This document shows, piece by piece, positions 19,549 through 29,381 of a stretch of DNA of 46,146 nt; position 1 is the first letter of the stretch, and each line of letters starts with the position of its first letter. This DNA comes from Chloroflexota bacterium (GTDB lineage Bacteria; Chloroflexota; Dehalococcoidia; Lucifugimonadales; UBA3495). The notes beneath the pieces were generated by a model. That model did no database searches. It saw only the letters and a program-made list of their open reading frames with translations, and was not told the origin of the DNA. Position numbers and translations under genes: made by a program. The DNA lies in assembly GCA_027623675.1 (NCBI GenBank), contig JAQBVF010000028.1:1-46146 (forward strand), in the 5' to 3' direction.

Positions 19549-22128
19549 ATGCCCGTGTCCGAAGCCTTGGTCCTACCCGAAACAGTCCGCCCCAGTAAGT
19601 ACCGCATCACGCTCCAGCCCGACCTGAATGATTTCACATTCAAGGGCGAGCAGAGTATCGACCTCATGGTTTTGGAACCCACATCGACAATCATGCTGAA
19701 CGTGATCGACCTTACGATCACGTCGGTGGCCCTGCACGCAAACGGGACCACGCTCACCGCCCGTTCGATCGATCTGGACAAAGGCGGAGAGACGGCAACG
19801 CTGGACTTCGGCGAGACCATCCAACCCGGCGACGGCCGGTTGGAGATGGCATTTACGGGTGAACTGAACGACAAACTGATGGGCTTCTACCGGTCGGAGT
19901 ACACTTCCCAAGACGGCGAAACCCGCTATCTGGCCACCACCCAATTCGAGCCAACCGACGCCCGCCGGGCCTTCCCCTGCTGGGACGAACCGGCCAAGAA
20001 GGCGACCTTCGAGGTGACGTTGGTATTTTCAGACGAGTTCCAGGCGGTTTCCAACACCCCGGCGGTGGAGGAGGCCGTGCCCGGACCTGGCTTGAAGTCG
20101 GTCCGCTTCGCTGAAACGCCCATCATGTCCACCTACCTGCTGGCCTTTGTGGTGGGCAATCTAACCTCCATCACACAGCGGTCGGAAAGCGGCACCATGG
20201 TCGGCGTCTGGACCACCCCCGGCAAGGAGAGCCAGGCCGGGTTCGCTCTGGATACCTCAGTGAAACTGCTGGGCTATTTCAACGAATACTTCGGCATCCC
20301 CTATCCGCTGGCCAAGTTGGACCACATCGCCATACCCGACTTCGCCGCCGGAGCCATGGAGAATTGGGGCGCCGTAACCTACCGGGAGACGGCCCTGCTG
20401 GTGGACCCGGACAACTCATCGGCGGGCACCCGCCAGCGGGTGGCCGAAGTTATCGCCCACGAGATGGCCCACATGTGGTTCGGCGACCTGGTGACCATGG
20501 AATGGTGGGATGACCTGTGGCTGAACGAGAGCTTCGCCTCGTGGATGGGCAACAAGGCCGTGGACTGGCTCTTCCCCGAGTGGGAGATGTGGACCCAGTT
20601 CGTGAACATGGACACCAACCGGGCATTAAGCCTGGACGGTCTCAAGAACTCCCATCCGATCGAGCAAGCGGTGAAGAACCCGGCGGAAGTCAGCCAGCTC
20701 TTCGACGCCATCAGCTACAGCAAGGGCGCCTCGGTGATCCGCATGCTGGAGAACCTGCTGGGAGCGGAGACCTTCAGAAAGGGGCTGAACCGCTATCTTT
20801 CGGGACATATGTACGCCAACGCTAGGACCGAGGACCTGTGGTCGGCGTTGGAGAAGGAATCGGGCAAACCGGTGACCGCCATAATGGACTCCTGGGTGAA
20901 GCAGATGGGATACCCGGTGCTCCAGGTGGAGACCGACCGGACGGACGGAAAGACCAAGCTCTCGATAACCCAAGAGCGGTTCGTGTACGACAAACTGCTG
21001 GGCGGGAGCGAACCCGACCCCGAGATCTGGAAGGTACCCATCAGCGCCAGTCAGGGCGGCCAGGAATCGGCGGTCACGGTGATGGAGGGCAGCCAGATTG
21101 AGTTGGATGTGCCGGGCAGCGGCGGCGCCTGGGTCAAGCTCAATCCAGCCCAGACCGGCTTCTACCGGGTGAACTACAGCGCCGACGACTGGGAACGTCT
21201 GGTCCCGCCGATACGGTCTTTGGAACTGCACGCAACCGACCGCTTGGGTATCCAGAACGATGCCTACGCCCTGTCCCGGGCCGGGCTGCTGCCGGTGACC
21301 CAGTTCCTGTCGTTGGCCCAGGCTTACCAGAACGAGAGCGACGCCTCCGTTTGGGGCGACCTGGCCAGCAACCTCCGCGACATCGAACAACTGATTGCCG
21401 ACGATCCGGTCCACCCGGCCTACCAGAGATTCGCCCGCGGCATCTTCGGTCCGGCGGCCAAGAAGGCCGGCTGGGAGCCCAAGCCCGGCGAAGGACACCT
21501 GGACGCACTGCTGCGCTCCACCGTACTCAGCCAGGCGGGCAGCTACCACGACGCCGACCTGATGAGCCAGGCGACGGAGCATTTCAAGCGGTATCTGAAC
21601 GACCGCGATGCGGTGGCCCCCGACCTGCGCGGCGTTGTCTTTGGGCTGGCGGCCCAGGCCGGCGGGCGGGACATCTACGACAATATCTGGGAACTGGAAG
21701 GCGAGACCGACCTGGCCGAAGAGAAGATTCGTCTGCTGATGTCGCTGACCAGGTTCCAAGAGCCTGACCTGCTGACATCGGCTCTGGAAGACTCTCTATC
21801 GTCCAAGGTCCGTTCCCAGGACACCATCACGCTGGTGGCCGGGGTAGCCGCCAACCCCATAGGCCGCGACCTGGCCTGGGAGTTCGTGAAGGCCAACTGG
21901 GCAGAATTCGACCGGCGTTACGGCGGCGGCGGGTTCGGTCTGATGCGGCTGGTGTCGATCTGCGGCTACTTCAACTCCCAGGAGAAGTCCGACGACGTGG
22001 ACAGCTTCTTCGCCGAGCACCCGGCCCCGGCGGCGGAACGGACCATACGCCAGGCCATGGAGCGGGTACGGCTCAACATCAAGTGGCTGGAGCTGAACCG
22101 GCAGGAGCTGACCGATTGGTTCGCCTAG
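19549..22128 (+). CDS. pepN: M1 family zinc aminopeptidase with ERAP1-like C-terminal domain
   Basis: TQFEPTDARRAFPC, GAMEN, HEMAH..WLNE, YSKGA; GGAGG RBS. Confidence 0.95.
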   Translation: MPVSEALVLPETVRPSKYRITLQPDLNDFTFKGEQSIDLMVLEPTSTIMLNVIDLTITSVALHANGTTLTARSIDLDKGGETATLDFGETIQPGDGRLEMAFTGELNDKLMGFYRSEYTSQDGETRYLATTQFEPTDARRAFPCWDEPAKKATFEVTLVFSDEFQAVSNTPAVEEAVPGPGLKSVRFAETPIMSTYLLAFVVGNLTSITQRSESGTMVGVWTTPGKESQAGFALDTSVKLLGYFNEYFGIPYPLAKLDHIAIPDFAAGAMENWGAVTYRETALLVDPDNSSAGTRQRVAEVIAHEMAHMWFGDLVTMEWWDDLWLNESFASWMGNKAVDWLFPEWEMWTQFVNMDTNRALSLDGLKNSHPIEQAVKNPAEVSQLFDAISYSKGASVIRMLENLLGAETFRKGLNRYLSGHMYANARTEDLWSALEKESGKPVTAIMDSWVKQMGYPVLQVETDRTDGKTKLSITQERFVYDKLLGGSEPDPEIWKVPISASQGGQESAVTVMEGSQIELDVPGSGGAWVKLNPAQTGFYRVNYSADDWERLVPPIRSLELHATDRLGIQNDAYALSRAGLLPVTQFLSLAQAYQNESDASVWGDLASNLRDIEQLIADDPVHPAYQRFARGIFGPAAKKAGWEPKPGEGHLDALLRSTVLSQAGSYHDADLMSQATEHFKRYLNDRDAVAPDLRGVVFGLAAQAGGRDIYDNIWELEGETDLAEEKIRLLMSLTRFQEPDLLTSALEDSLSSKVRSQDTITLVAGVAANPIGRDLAWEFVKANWAEFDRRYGGGGFGLMRLVSICGYFNSQEKSDDVDSFFAEHPAPAAERTIRQAMERVRLNIKWLELNRQELTDWFA

Positions 22129-22153
22129 TCAAATAAGACCCTTAAACCGGTAC

Positions 22154-22187
22154 GCTTCCCCGTAGGCTCCAACGCCTGCGGGGAAGC
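22154..22187 (+). terminator. Strong hairpin after the aminopeptidase gene
   Basis: GCTTCCCCGTAGGC/GCCTGCGGGGAAGC 14-bp stem (one G-U pair); no U-tract. Confidence 0.5.
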
Positions 22188-22406
22188 AGCATTCCGAGAA
22201 AAGATTAAACGCCGCCGCCACCGGGTTAGAGCGAGCTGACCCCGCAAACTCGAATTTCCTGACCGGTTGAGAGAACCGGGCCTGGAGATCGCCCAGTTCT
22301 CACGCATCTGCCCCATCGATCGGCGTTTCCTGCCTGATTGCGCCTTTTTTGGCTAGAGTCTTCGTCCTAAGGCCCTGCCGCGCCGTTTCCCACCGGCGTT
22401 GGCCGA

Positions 22407-22450
22407 TGCTACAATCAGATTTAAGCTATCTAGTTTAGGCTATCTAGTTT
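22407..22450 (+). promoter_or_regulatory. Extended -10 promoter of metH followed by a 14-bp tandem repeat
   Basis: TGCTACAAT at 22407-22415; TTTAAGCTATCTAG TTTAGGCTATCTAG TTT at 22420-22450. Confidence 0.55.
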
Positions 22451-22494
22451 CTCCAGTCCCCGGAATTCCAACCACCAGTGTTTTTTGAATATTT

Positions 22495-25400
22495 ATGTCT
22501 ACAATTTCCCATATTGATGAACTGAAATCGGCGTTGAGCCAACGTATTCTGGTTATCGACGGCGCCATGGGCACCGCCATCCAGAACCGCGACCTGGGTC
22601 CCGATGACTTTGGCGGCCCCCAATACGAAGGGTGCAACGAGTACCTGATCGTAACCCGGCCCGATGTTATCGAAGACATCCACCGCGGCCATCTGGAAGC
22701 AGGCGCCGACATTATCGAGACCAACACCTTCGGCGCAACGCCGGTGGTGCTGGCTGAATACGACTTGGCCCACGAGGCCCGCCGCATCAACCACGACGCC
22801 GCCATCATCGCCCGGCGCGCGGCTAACGCGGTGTCCACCCCCGAAAAGCCCCGTTTCGTGGCCGGTTCCATGGGACCGACCACCAAGACCATCTCGGTCA
22901 CCGGCGGCATCACCTTTGAGGACCTGGCCCACGACTATCACATCCAGGCCGCCGGTCTCATGGAAGGAGGCGTTGACGTCCTGCTGCTTGAGACCAGCCA
23001 GGACACTCTCAACGTCAAGGCAGGCCTGGAGGGCATCGACCGTGCCTTCGCCGAATTGGGCCGTGAGATTCCGGTGGCGGTGCAGGGCACCGTCGAGCCC
23101 ATGGGCACGTTGTTGGCCGGTCAGGACGTCGAGGCCTTCTATACTTCGCTGGCCCACCGAGACCTGCTGTGGATCGGACTCAACTGCGCCACCGGTCCCA
23201 ATTTCATGACCGACCACATCCGGACGCTGTCCGGCCTGTCCAGGTTCCCAGTGTCCTGCGTGCCCAACGCCGGTATGCCCGACGAAGACGGCAACTATAA
23301 CGAGACCCCTGAGGGTATGGCCGAGACGGTGGGACGGTTCGCCGAGTCCGGCTGGGTCAACCTGGTCGGCGGTTGCTGCGGCACGGTCAACGAGCACGTG
23401 CGGCTGCTGGCGGAAATGGCATCGGGGAAGCCGGCGCGGCCCGTTGTCGAATCAACCGAATCCCGGGTTTCCGGCATCGAAGCCCTGGTGGTGAACGACG
23501 AGATGCGCCCGGCCATCATCGGGGAGCGCACCAACGTGCTGGGCAGCAGGCGGTTCCGGCGGCTCATCGCCGAGGGTTCTTTCGAAGAGGCCGCCGAGAT
23601 CGGCCGGCGTCAGGTTCGGAACGGCGCCCACATCCTGGACGTCTGCCTGCAGGACCCCGACCGGGACGAAGCCAGCGACGTCGCCACGTTCTTAAACCTG
23701 GTGACCAAGAAAGTTAAAGCCCCCATCATGATCGACTCCACCGACTCCTCGGTGATCGAGCTTGCCCTAACCATGCTTCAGGGCAAATCCATCATCAACA
23801 GCATCAACTTGGAGGACGGTGAGGCCCGGTTCGAGGCCGTGGTCCCGCTGGCCAAGCGGTACGGCGCTTCGCTGGTGGTCGGCTGCATCGACGACGACAA
23901 ATTGCAAGCCCAGGCCATCACCAAAGAGCGAAAACTTGAGGTGGCCGTGCGGTCGGCCAGATTGCTGACCGAGAAATACGGCATACCCATGGAAGACATC
24001 ATCTTCGACCCCCTGGTGTTCCCCGTGGGCACCGGCGACAAGAACTACGTCGGCTCCGGGGCGGAGACCGTGGAAGGCGTCCGCCTGATCAAGGAAGCCC
24101 TGCCCGGCGTTAAGACGGTGCTCGGCATCTCCAACGTGTCATTCGGATTGCCCGCCGCCGGACGCGAAGTGCTCAATTCGGTATTCCTTTACCACTGCGT
24201 CCAGGCTGGCTTGGACATGGCCATCGTCAACTCAGAAGGCATGGAGCGCTATTCGTCCATACCCGAAGAGGAACGCAAGCTGGCCGAGGACCTGATCTGG
24301 CCACGGGGCGATGACCCGGTTGCAGCTTTCGCCAGCCACTTCCGAGAGAAGGCCCCCAAGGCCACTTCCGAAGAACGCATGAAGCTGCCCTTAGACGAAA
24401 GGCTGGCCCTGGCGATCATCGAAGGTTCCAAGGAGGGACTGGCCGAGGACCTGGACGAAGCCCTGACCGGGCGAACGCCGCTGGAGATCATCAACGGCCC
24501 CCTGATGACGGGCATGGCCGAGGTGGGACGCCAGTTCAACGCCAATCAGTTGATCGTCGCCGAGGTATTGCAGTCGGCCGAGGCCATGAAGTTCTCGGTC
24601 AGCCATCTGGAGCCCTTCATGGAGCAGACGGAAACCTCGATCAAGGGCAAGGTCCTCCTGGCCACCGTGAAGGGCGACGTGCACGACATCGGCAAGAACC
24701 TGGTGGAGATCATCCTGTCCAACAACGGCTACGAGGTCGTGAACCTGGGCATTAAGGTCGCACCCCAAGAATTGATCGCGGGATTCAAGGAGCACAACCC
24801 CGACATGATCGGACTCTCGGGTCTGCTGGTGAAATCAGCCAAGATGATGGTCGAGACCGCCCAGGACTTCCGCCAGGCAGGAATAAACTGTCCGGTGCTG
24901 GTGGGCGGCGCGGCCCTGTCCAACCGGTTCACCCGGCTGCGCATCGCCCCCGAATACGATGGCCTAGTGGCCTACGCGCCCGACGCCATGTCCGGGCTGG
25001 CGCTGGCCAACACCATCCAGGACGCCGACGAAAGGGCCAAGCTCTTGGCCAGCTTCGATGACGAATCCGAGTCGATGATTGCCGCCGACCAGGCCGCCCA
25101 GGAGAGCGGGTCCAACGGCGGTACCGACGTTCCTCCGGCTCAGGTCCGCCACGACTTCGCCATACCCAACCCGCCGGACCTGCGTGTGCACGTGCTGAAA
25201 GACCACCCGTTGGAGGAGATCTTCCCCTACGTAAACCCGCAGATGCTGTACGTTAGGCACCTGGGTTACAAGGGCCGGTTCACCGACGACCTCGAAGCCG
25301 GTAAGCAGTCGGCCGTTGAACTGCGGGACTCGGTGAGAAAGGTGGAGGACCTGGTCCTGGCCCGAGATGACATCAAGGCCAGCGCCATCTTCAAGTTCTT

Positions 25401-26019
25401 CCCCTGCAACTCCGACGGCCAGCGGCTGCTGGTCTACGGCGCCGAGGGCCATAATGTCGCCGAGGAGTTCTACTTCGGGCGCCAGTCCCAGCGGGACGGA
25501 TTGTGCTTGGCGGACTATGTGCTGCCCAGATCGGCCGAATCTCAGGATACCGGAAAAGTCGATTACGTGGGCATGTTCGTCACGTCCATCGGCAACGGCG
25601 TTCGTGGCTTGGCCGAGACCTGGATGGCCGAGGGGCAGTTTCTGAATGCCCACATCCTGCAGGCCCTGGCCCTTGAGAGCGCCGAGGCTTTCGCTGAATT
25701 GCTCCACCAGCAGATGCGCCAGATGTGGGGTCTGGGAGACCCGGCTGGTACGACGCCGGTGGACCTATTCCGTACCCAGTATCACGGCAAGCGGTTCTCG
25801 TTCGGGTATCCTGCATGCCCACGGCTGGAAGACCAGGAGCAGTTGTTCCGTCTGTTGGACGTTTCGGCCAACCTGGATATCGAATTGACCGAGGGCTTCA
25901 TGATGGACCCCGAGTCTTCGGTGTCGGCCTTGGTGTTCCACCACCCCGACGCCAAGTACTTCAACCTGAGCGAACGGGACATAGAACGGCTGGAACAAGA
26001 ACTCGCCCCGTCGGCCTAG
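22495..26019 (+). CDS. metH: Cobalamin-dependent methionine synthase
   Basis: DGAMGT, GLNC, GGCCGT (Zn), IGERTN pterin domain, KGDVHDIGKN B12-binding motif, FGYPACP activation domain. Confidence 0.98.
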   Translation: MSTISHIDELKSALSQRILVIDGAMGTAIQNRDLGPDDFGGPQYEGCNEYLIVTRPDVIEDIHRGHLEAGADIIETNTFGATPVVLAEYDLAHEARRINHDAAIIARRAANAVSTPEKPRFVAGSMGPTTKTISVTGGITFEDLAHDYHIQAAGLMEGGVDVLLLETSQDTLNVKAGLEGIDRAFAELGREIPVAVQGTVEPMGTLLAGQDVEAFYTSLAHRDLLWIGLNCATGPNFMTDHIRTLSGLSRFPVSCVPNAGMPDEDGNYNETPEGMAETVGRFAESGWVNLVGGCCGTVNEHVRLLAEMASGKPARPVVESTESRVSGIEALVVNDEMRPAIIGERTNVLGSRRFRRLIAEGSFEEAAEIGRRQVRNGAHILDVCLQDPDRDEASDVATFLNLVTKKVKAPIMIDSTDSSVIELALTMLQGKSIINSINLEDGEARFEAVVPLAKRYGASLVVGCIDDDKLQAQAITKERKLEVAVRSARLLTEKYGIPMEDIIFDPLVFPVGTGDKNYVGSGAETVEGVRLIKEALPGVKTVLGISNVSFGLPAAGREVLNSVFLYHCVQAGLDMAIVNSEGMERYSSIPEEERKLAEDLIWPRGDDPVAAFASHFREKAPKATSEERMKLPLDERLALAIIEGSKEGLAEDLDEALTGRTPLEIINGPLMTGMAEVGRQFNANQLIVAEVLQSAEAMKFSVSHLEPFMEQTETSIKGKVLLATVKGDVHDIGKNLVEIILSNNGYEVVNLGIKVAPQELIAGFKEHNPDMIGLSGLLVKSAKMMVETAQDFRQAGINCPVLVGGAALSNRFTRLRIAPEYDGLVAYAPDAMSGLALANTIQDADERAKLLASFDDESESMIAADQAAQESGSNGGTDVPPAQVRHDFAIPNPPDLRVHVLKDHPLEEIFPYVNPQMLYVRHLGYKGRFTDDLEAGKQSAVELRDSVRKVEDLVLARDDIKASAIFKFFPCNSDGQRLLVYGAEGHNVAEEFYFGRQSQRDGLCLADYVLPRSAESQDTGKVDYVGMFVTSIGNGVRGLAETWMAEGQFLNAHILQALALESAEAFAELLHQQMRQMWGLGDPAGTTPVDLFRTQYHGKRFSFGYPACPRLEDQEQLFRLLDVSANLDIELTEGFMMDPESSVSALVFHHPDAKYFNLSERDIERLEQELAPSA

Positions 26020-26214
26020 CCATCTACGGCCCAGCCGGGATTGGCGGCTTCGCCTCGGGTTGCGCCAGCCCACGATTTCGGCTGCGAATCGGTTCGTTTG
26101 GGCCTGGCATCGTTTCTTCTCTCCACTTTTGGGATTCGCGCCGGCGGCATATAATTCATATGCTCCGGCTGGGACAGCCGGTCTGCGCTCGATAATCTGA
26201 CGCCCGGAGGCGAC

Positions 26215-27849
26215 GTGGAACCAATCACGAAGATAGCAGACAGCTTGGGAATCGACCCGGACCACCTCATTCCCTATGGCCGCTACAAGGCTAAGATATC
26301 CCTGGACGCCCTGAAGAACCCCAGCGGCCAGAAGGGCCGGCTGGTGGTGGTGACCGGCATCACCCCCACCCCCGCCGGCGAAGGCAAGACCACCACCGCC
26401 ATCGGCCTCACGCAGGGCATGGGGCGGCTGGGTCACAAGGTCTCGGTCAACCTGCGGGAACCCACCCTGGGGCCCATCTTCGGGATCAAGGGCGGCGGCA
26501 CCGGCGGCGGCATGGCCCGGGTGGTGCCGGAAGACGAGATCAACATCCACTTCACCGGCGACGCCCATGCCGTGGGGTCCGCACACAACCTGCTGGCCGC
26601 GTTGGTGGAGAACGCCGTGTTCCGGAACTCGGTTCCGGGCCTCAACGCCGGCGGCATCATGTGGAACCGGGTCACCGACGCCTCGGACCGGGGGCTGCGC
26701 CAGGTGGTGACCGGGGTGGGCGGCCCGGGCTATGGACCGCTGCGGGAGGCACGATTCGACATCGTGTCAGCCTCTGAGATCATGGCGATCCTGGCGCTGG
26801 CCGACGGCCCCGGCGATCTGCGGGACCGCCTTTCCCGCATAGTTGTCGGGGAGACCTCCGAAGGCGAACCCGTGACGGTCGAACAACTCGGCGTGGCCGG
26901 TTCACTGATGACCCTGCTCCACCAAACCGTGATGCCCAATCTGGTGCAGACCATGGAGGGCCAACCGTCAATCATCCACGCCGGCCCATTCGGCAACATC
27001 GCCCACGGTTGCAGCTCGATACTCGCCGACCGCATGGCGATGGGCTACGCCGACTACGTGATCACCGAAGCCGGGTTCGCCTCGGACCTGGGCTTCGAGA
27101 AATTCATGCACATCAAGACCCGGCAGAGCGGCCTGCTCCCCGCCGCCGCAGTGCTGGTGGCTTCGGCCCGCGCCCTGAAGTGGCACGGCGGGACTCGGCG
27201 CCGTGACTTGGCCAACCCCGACCCGCAGGCAGTGGTGACCGGCGGAGACAACCTGATACATCACATCGGCATCGTCAAGGGCTTCGGGCTGCCCTGCGTC
27301 GTCGCCATCAACCGCTTCGGCGACGACAGCGCGGAGGAGTTGGCGGCGGTTAAGAAGATTGCCATGGACGCTGGAGCGACTTCAGCAGTGGAGTGCGACG
27401 GGTTCGCCCAGGGTGGGCCCGGCGGGGAAGAACTGGCCCAGGCCGTGGTGGACGCCACTGAGGGCGGCTCCCCTGAGATCACCTACGCCTACGCCAGCGA
27501 CGCCTCGGCCCAGGACAAGGTGCTGGCTCTAGCCCAGAAGATCTACGGCGCGGCGGACGTCACCTGGTCGCCCGAAGCCCGGCGAAGGCTGCAGTATTTC
27601 GAGTCCAAGGGTTGGGGCGGCCTGCCCATCTGCATGGCCAAGACCCACCTGTCGATCTCCCACGACCAGAGCCTGAAGGGACGCCCCCAGGGCTACACCT
27701 TCCCCATAACCGACATCCGGGCATCGGTGGGCGCCGGCTTCCTATACGCCCTGGCCGGCCGCATCGAAACCCTGCCCGGCCTGCCCACCCACCCCAGAGC
27801 GCTGGACATGGACGTCACCCCCGAAGGCGAAGTGCTGGGGCTGAGTTAG
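26215..27849 (+). CDS. fhs: Formate--tetrahydrofolate ligase
   Basis: TPTPAGEGKTTT, GIKGG, HFTGD, HAGPFGNIAHG, TEAGF..DLGFEKF, PICMAKT; GGAGG RBS before GTG. Confidence 0.97.
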   Translation: MEPITKIADSLGIDPDHLIPYGRYKAKISLDALKNPSGQKGRLVVVTGITPTPAGEGKTTTAIGLTQGMGRLGHKVSVNLREPTLGPIFGIKGGGTGGGMARVVPEDEINIHFTGDAHAVGSAHNLLAALVENAVFRNSVPGLNAGGIMWNRVTDASDRGLRQVVTGVGGPGYGPLREARFDIVSASEIMAILALADGPGDLRDRLSRIVVGETSEGEPVTVEQLGVAGSLMTLLHQTVMPNLVQTMEGQPSIIHAGPFGNIAHGCSSILADRMAMGYADYVITEAGFASDLGFEKFMHIKTRQSGLLPAAAVLVASARALKWHGGTRRRDLANPDPQAVVTGGDNLIHHIGIVKGFGLPCVVAINRFGDDSAEELAAVKKIAMDAGATSAVECDGFAQGGPGGEELAQAVVDATEGGSPEITYAYASDASAQDKVLALAQKIYGAADVTWSPEARRRLQYFESKGWGGLPICMAKTHLSISHDQSLKGRPQGYTFPITDIRASVGAGFLYALAGRIETLPGLPTHPRALDMDVTPEGEVLGLS

Positions 27850-27989
27850 GGATCGGACAGCGGATAGCGACCCGCCTTAGCTCGCTCATGCAGAGCCCTT
27901 CGGCTGAGTCCGCCGAAGGACATTTTTCGCATTTAAGTTCCAGAAAACCTAAACCTTGAGACGCTATCCCCACGCTGCAGGTAACCGAT

Positions 27990-29333
27990 ATGCAGAACGA
28001 CGCCAGGACCAGGGTCATCATCATGGGCGCCGCCGGACGCGACTTCCACAACTTCAACGTGGTATTTCGGCAAGACCCGCTCGTGCGGGTGGTGGCCTTC
28101 ACCGCGGCCCAGATCCCCGACATAGCAGGCCGCACCTACCCACCGGTGCTGAGCGGGCCGCTATATCCCAGTGGGATTCCCATCGTCGATGAGTCGGAGC
28201 TGGTCCCCATGATCAGGCGCGAAAGGATCGACTGGGTCTATTTCTCCTACAGCGACATCTCCCATCAGGACGTGATGCACAAGGCGTCCACCGTGCTCGC
28301 CGCCGGCGCAAGTTTCGGGTTCCTGGGTCCGGAACGCACCGCCATCCGGTCTCGAAAGCCGGTCATCAGCGTCTGCGCCGTCAGGACCGGGGTGGGGAAG
28401 AGTTCGGCCACCAGGCGTATCGCCCGGTTCTTCTTGGAACGAGACCGGAAGGTCAGCGTCATACGCCACCCCATGCCCTACGGCAACCTGGAAGCCCAGA
28501 GGGTGCAGCGGTTCGGCGACATGGACGATCTCATACGCCATGAAGCCACCGTGGAAGAACGCGAGGAGTACGAACCGCTGTTGCGGATGGGGATGGCCGT
28601 CTTCGCCGGCGTGGACTACCTCCCGGTGCTGCACCGGGCCGAAGAAGAAGCCGACCTGGTCATCTGGGACGGTGGCAACAACGACCTGCCGTTCCTCAAA
28701 TCAGACCTACACCTGGTGCTGGTGGACCCGCACCGGCCCGGCGACGAGACCAATTATCATCCCGGAGAGGCCAACCTGCGGATGGCCGACGTGGTACTGA
28801 TCAACAAGGCCGACAGCGCCACTGCCAGCCAACTGGAGCAGGTCCGGTCCTCGGTGGCCGCCGTGGTCAGTGAAAGCGTTCCCGTGCTCCTGGCTGACTC
28901 TGTGATATCGGTTGCCGATCCGGAGCAGATCAGGGGAAAGAAGGTGCTTGTCGTGGGCGACGGGCCAACGCTGACCCACGGCGGCATGGCCTTCGGCGCC
29001 GGGACGATCGCGGCCCAGAAAATGGGCGCTGCTGAGATCGTGCCGGGGCGGCGGTTCGCCGTGGGCAGTATCGAGGCCGCCTATCAGGCCTACCCCCACA
29101 TGGAGTCCGAAGTCCCGGCCCTGGGCTACAGTCCGGCGCAACTGGCCGACCTGGAAGCCACGCTGAACGCCGCCGAAGCCGACCTGGTTCTGTTTGCAAC
29201 ACCGGTTGACCTGGCGCGGCTCGTCTCCGTTAACAAGCCCATGGCCGCGGTTGAATATGAATTTCGAGAAAGAGGCGCCGAATTATCTGAGATTCTGGCC
29301 GACTTCGATCTCCGCCGCCTCGTTGGGAGATGA
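27990..29333 (+). CDS. COG2403-type P-loop NTPase (cyclic 2,3-diphosphoglycerate synthetase/arginine synthetase-like)
   Basis: IIMGAAGRDFHNFN, RTGVGKS P-loop, RHPMPYG, EEREEYEP, WDGGNND, DGPTLTHGGM. Confidence 0.85.
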   Translation: MQNDARTRVIIMGAAGRDFHNFNVVFRQDPLVRVVAFTAAQIPDIAGRTYPPVLSGPLYPSGIPIVDESELVPMIRRERIDWVYFSYSDISHQDVMHKASTVLAAGASFGFLGPERTAIRSRKPVISVCAVRTGVGKSSATRRIARFFLERDRKVSVIRHPMPYGNLEAQRVQRFGDMDDLIRHEATVEEREEYEPLLRMGMAVFAGVDYLPVLHRAEEEADLVIWDGGNNDLPFLKSDLHLVLVDPHRPGDETNYHPGEANLRMADVVLINKADSATASQLEQVRSSVAAVVSESVPVLLADSVISVADPEQIRGKKVLVVGDGPTLTHGGMAFGAGTIAAQKMGAAEIVPGRRFAVGSIEAAYQAYPHMESEVPALGYSPAQLADLEATLNAAEADLVLFATPVDLARLVSVNKPMAAVEYEFRERGAELSEILADFDLRRLVGR

Positions 29334-29381
29334 CGCGTCAACGGCGTTATACTGGATAAGATATCTAGTCAAGGAATATAT

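Noticed and set aside
22129..22494. Possible SAM/SAH/cobalamin riboswitch before metH
   Set aside because: No conserved core motifs recognised by eye, and the putative -10 leaves only ~75 nt of leader; cmscan would be decisive
26020..26214. Possible ZTP or THF riboswitch before fhs
   Set aside because: Only short hairpins (e.g. CCGGCT/AGCCGG) after TATAAT; consensus elements not found
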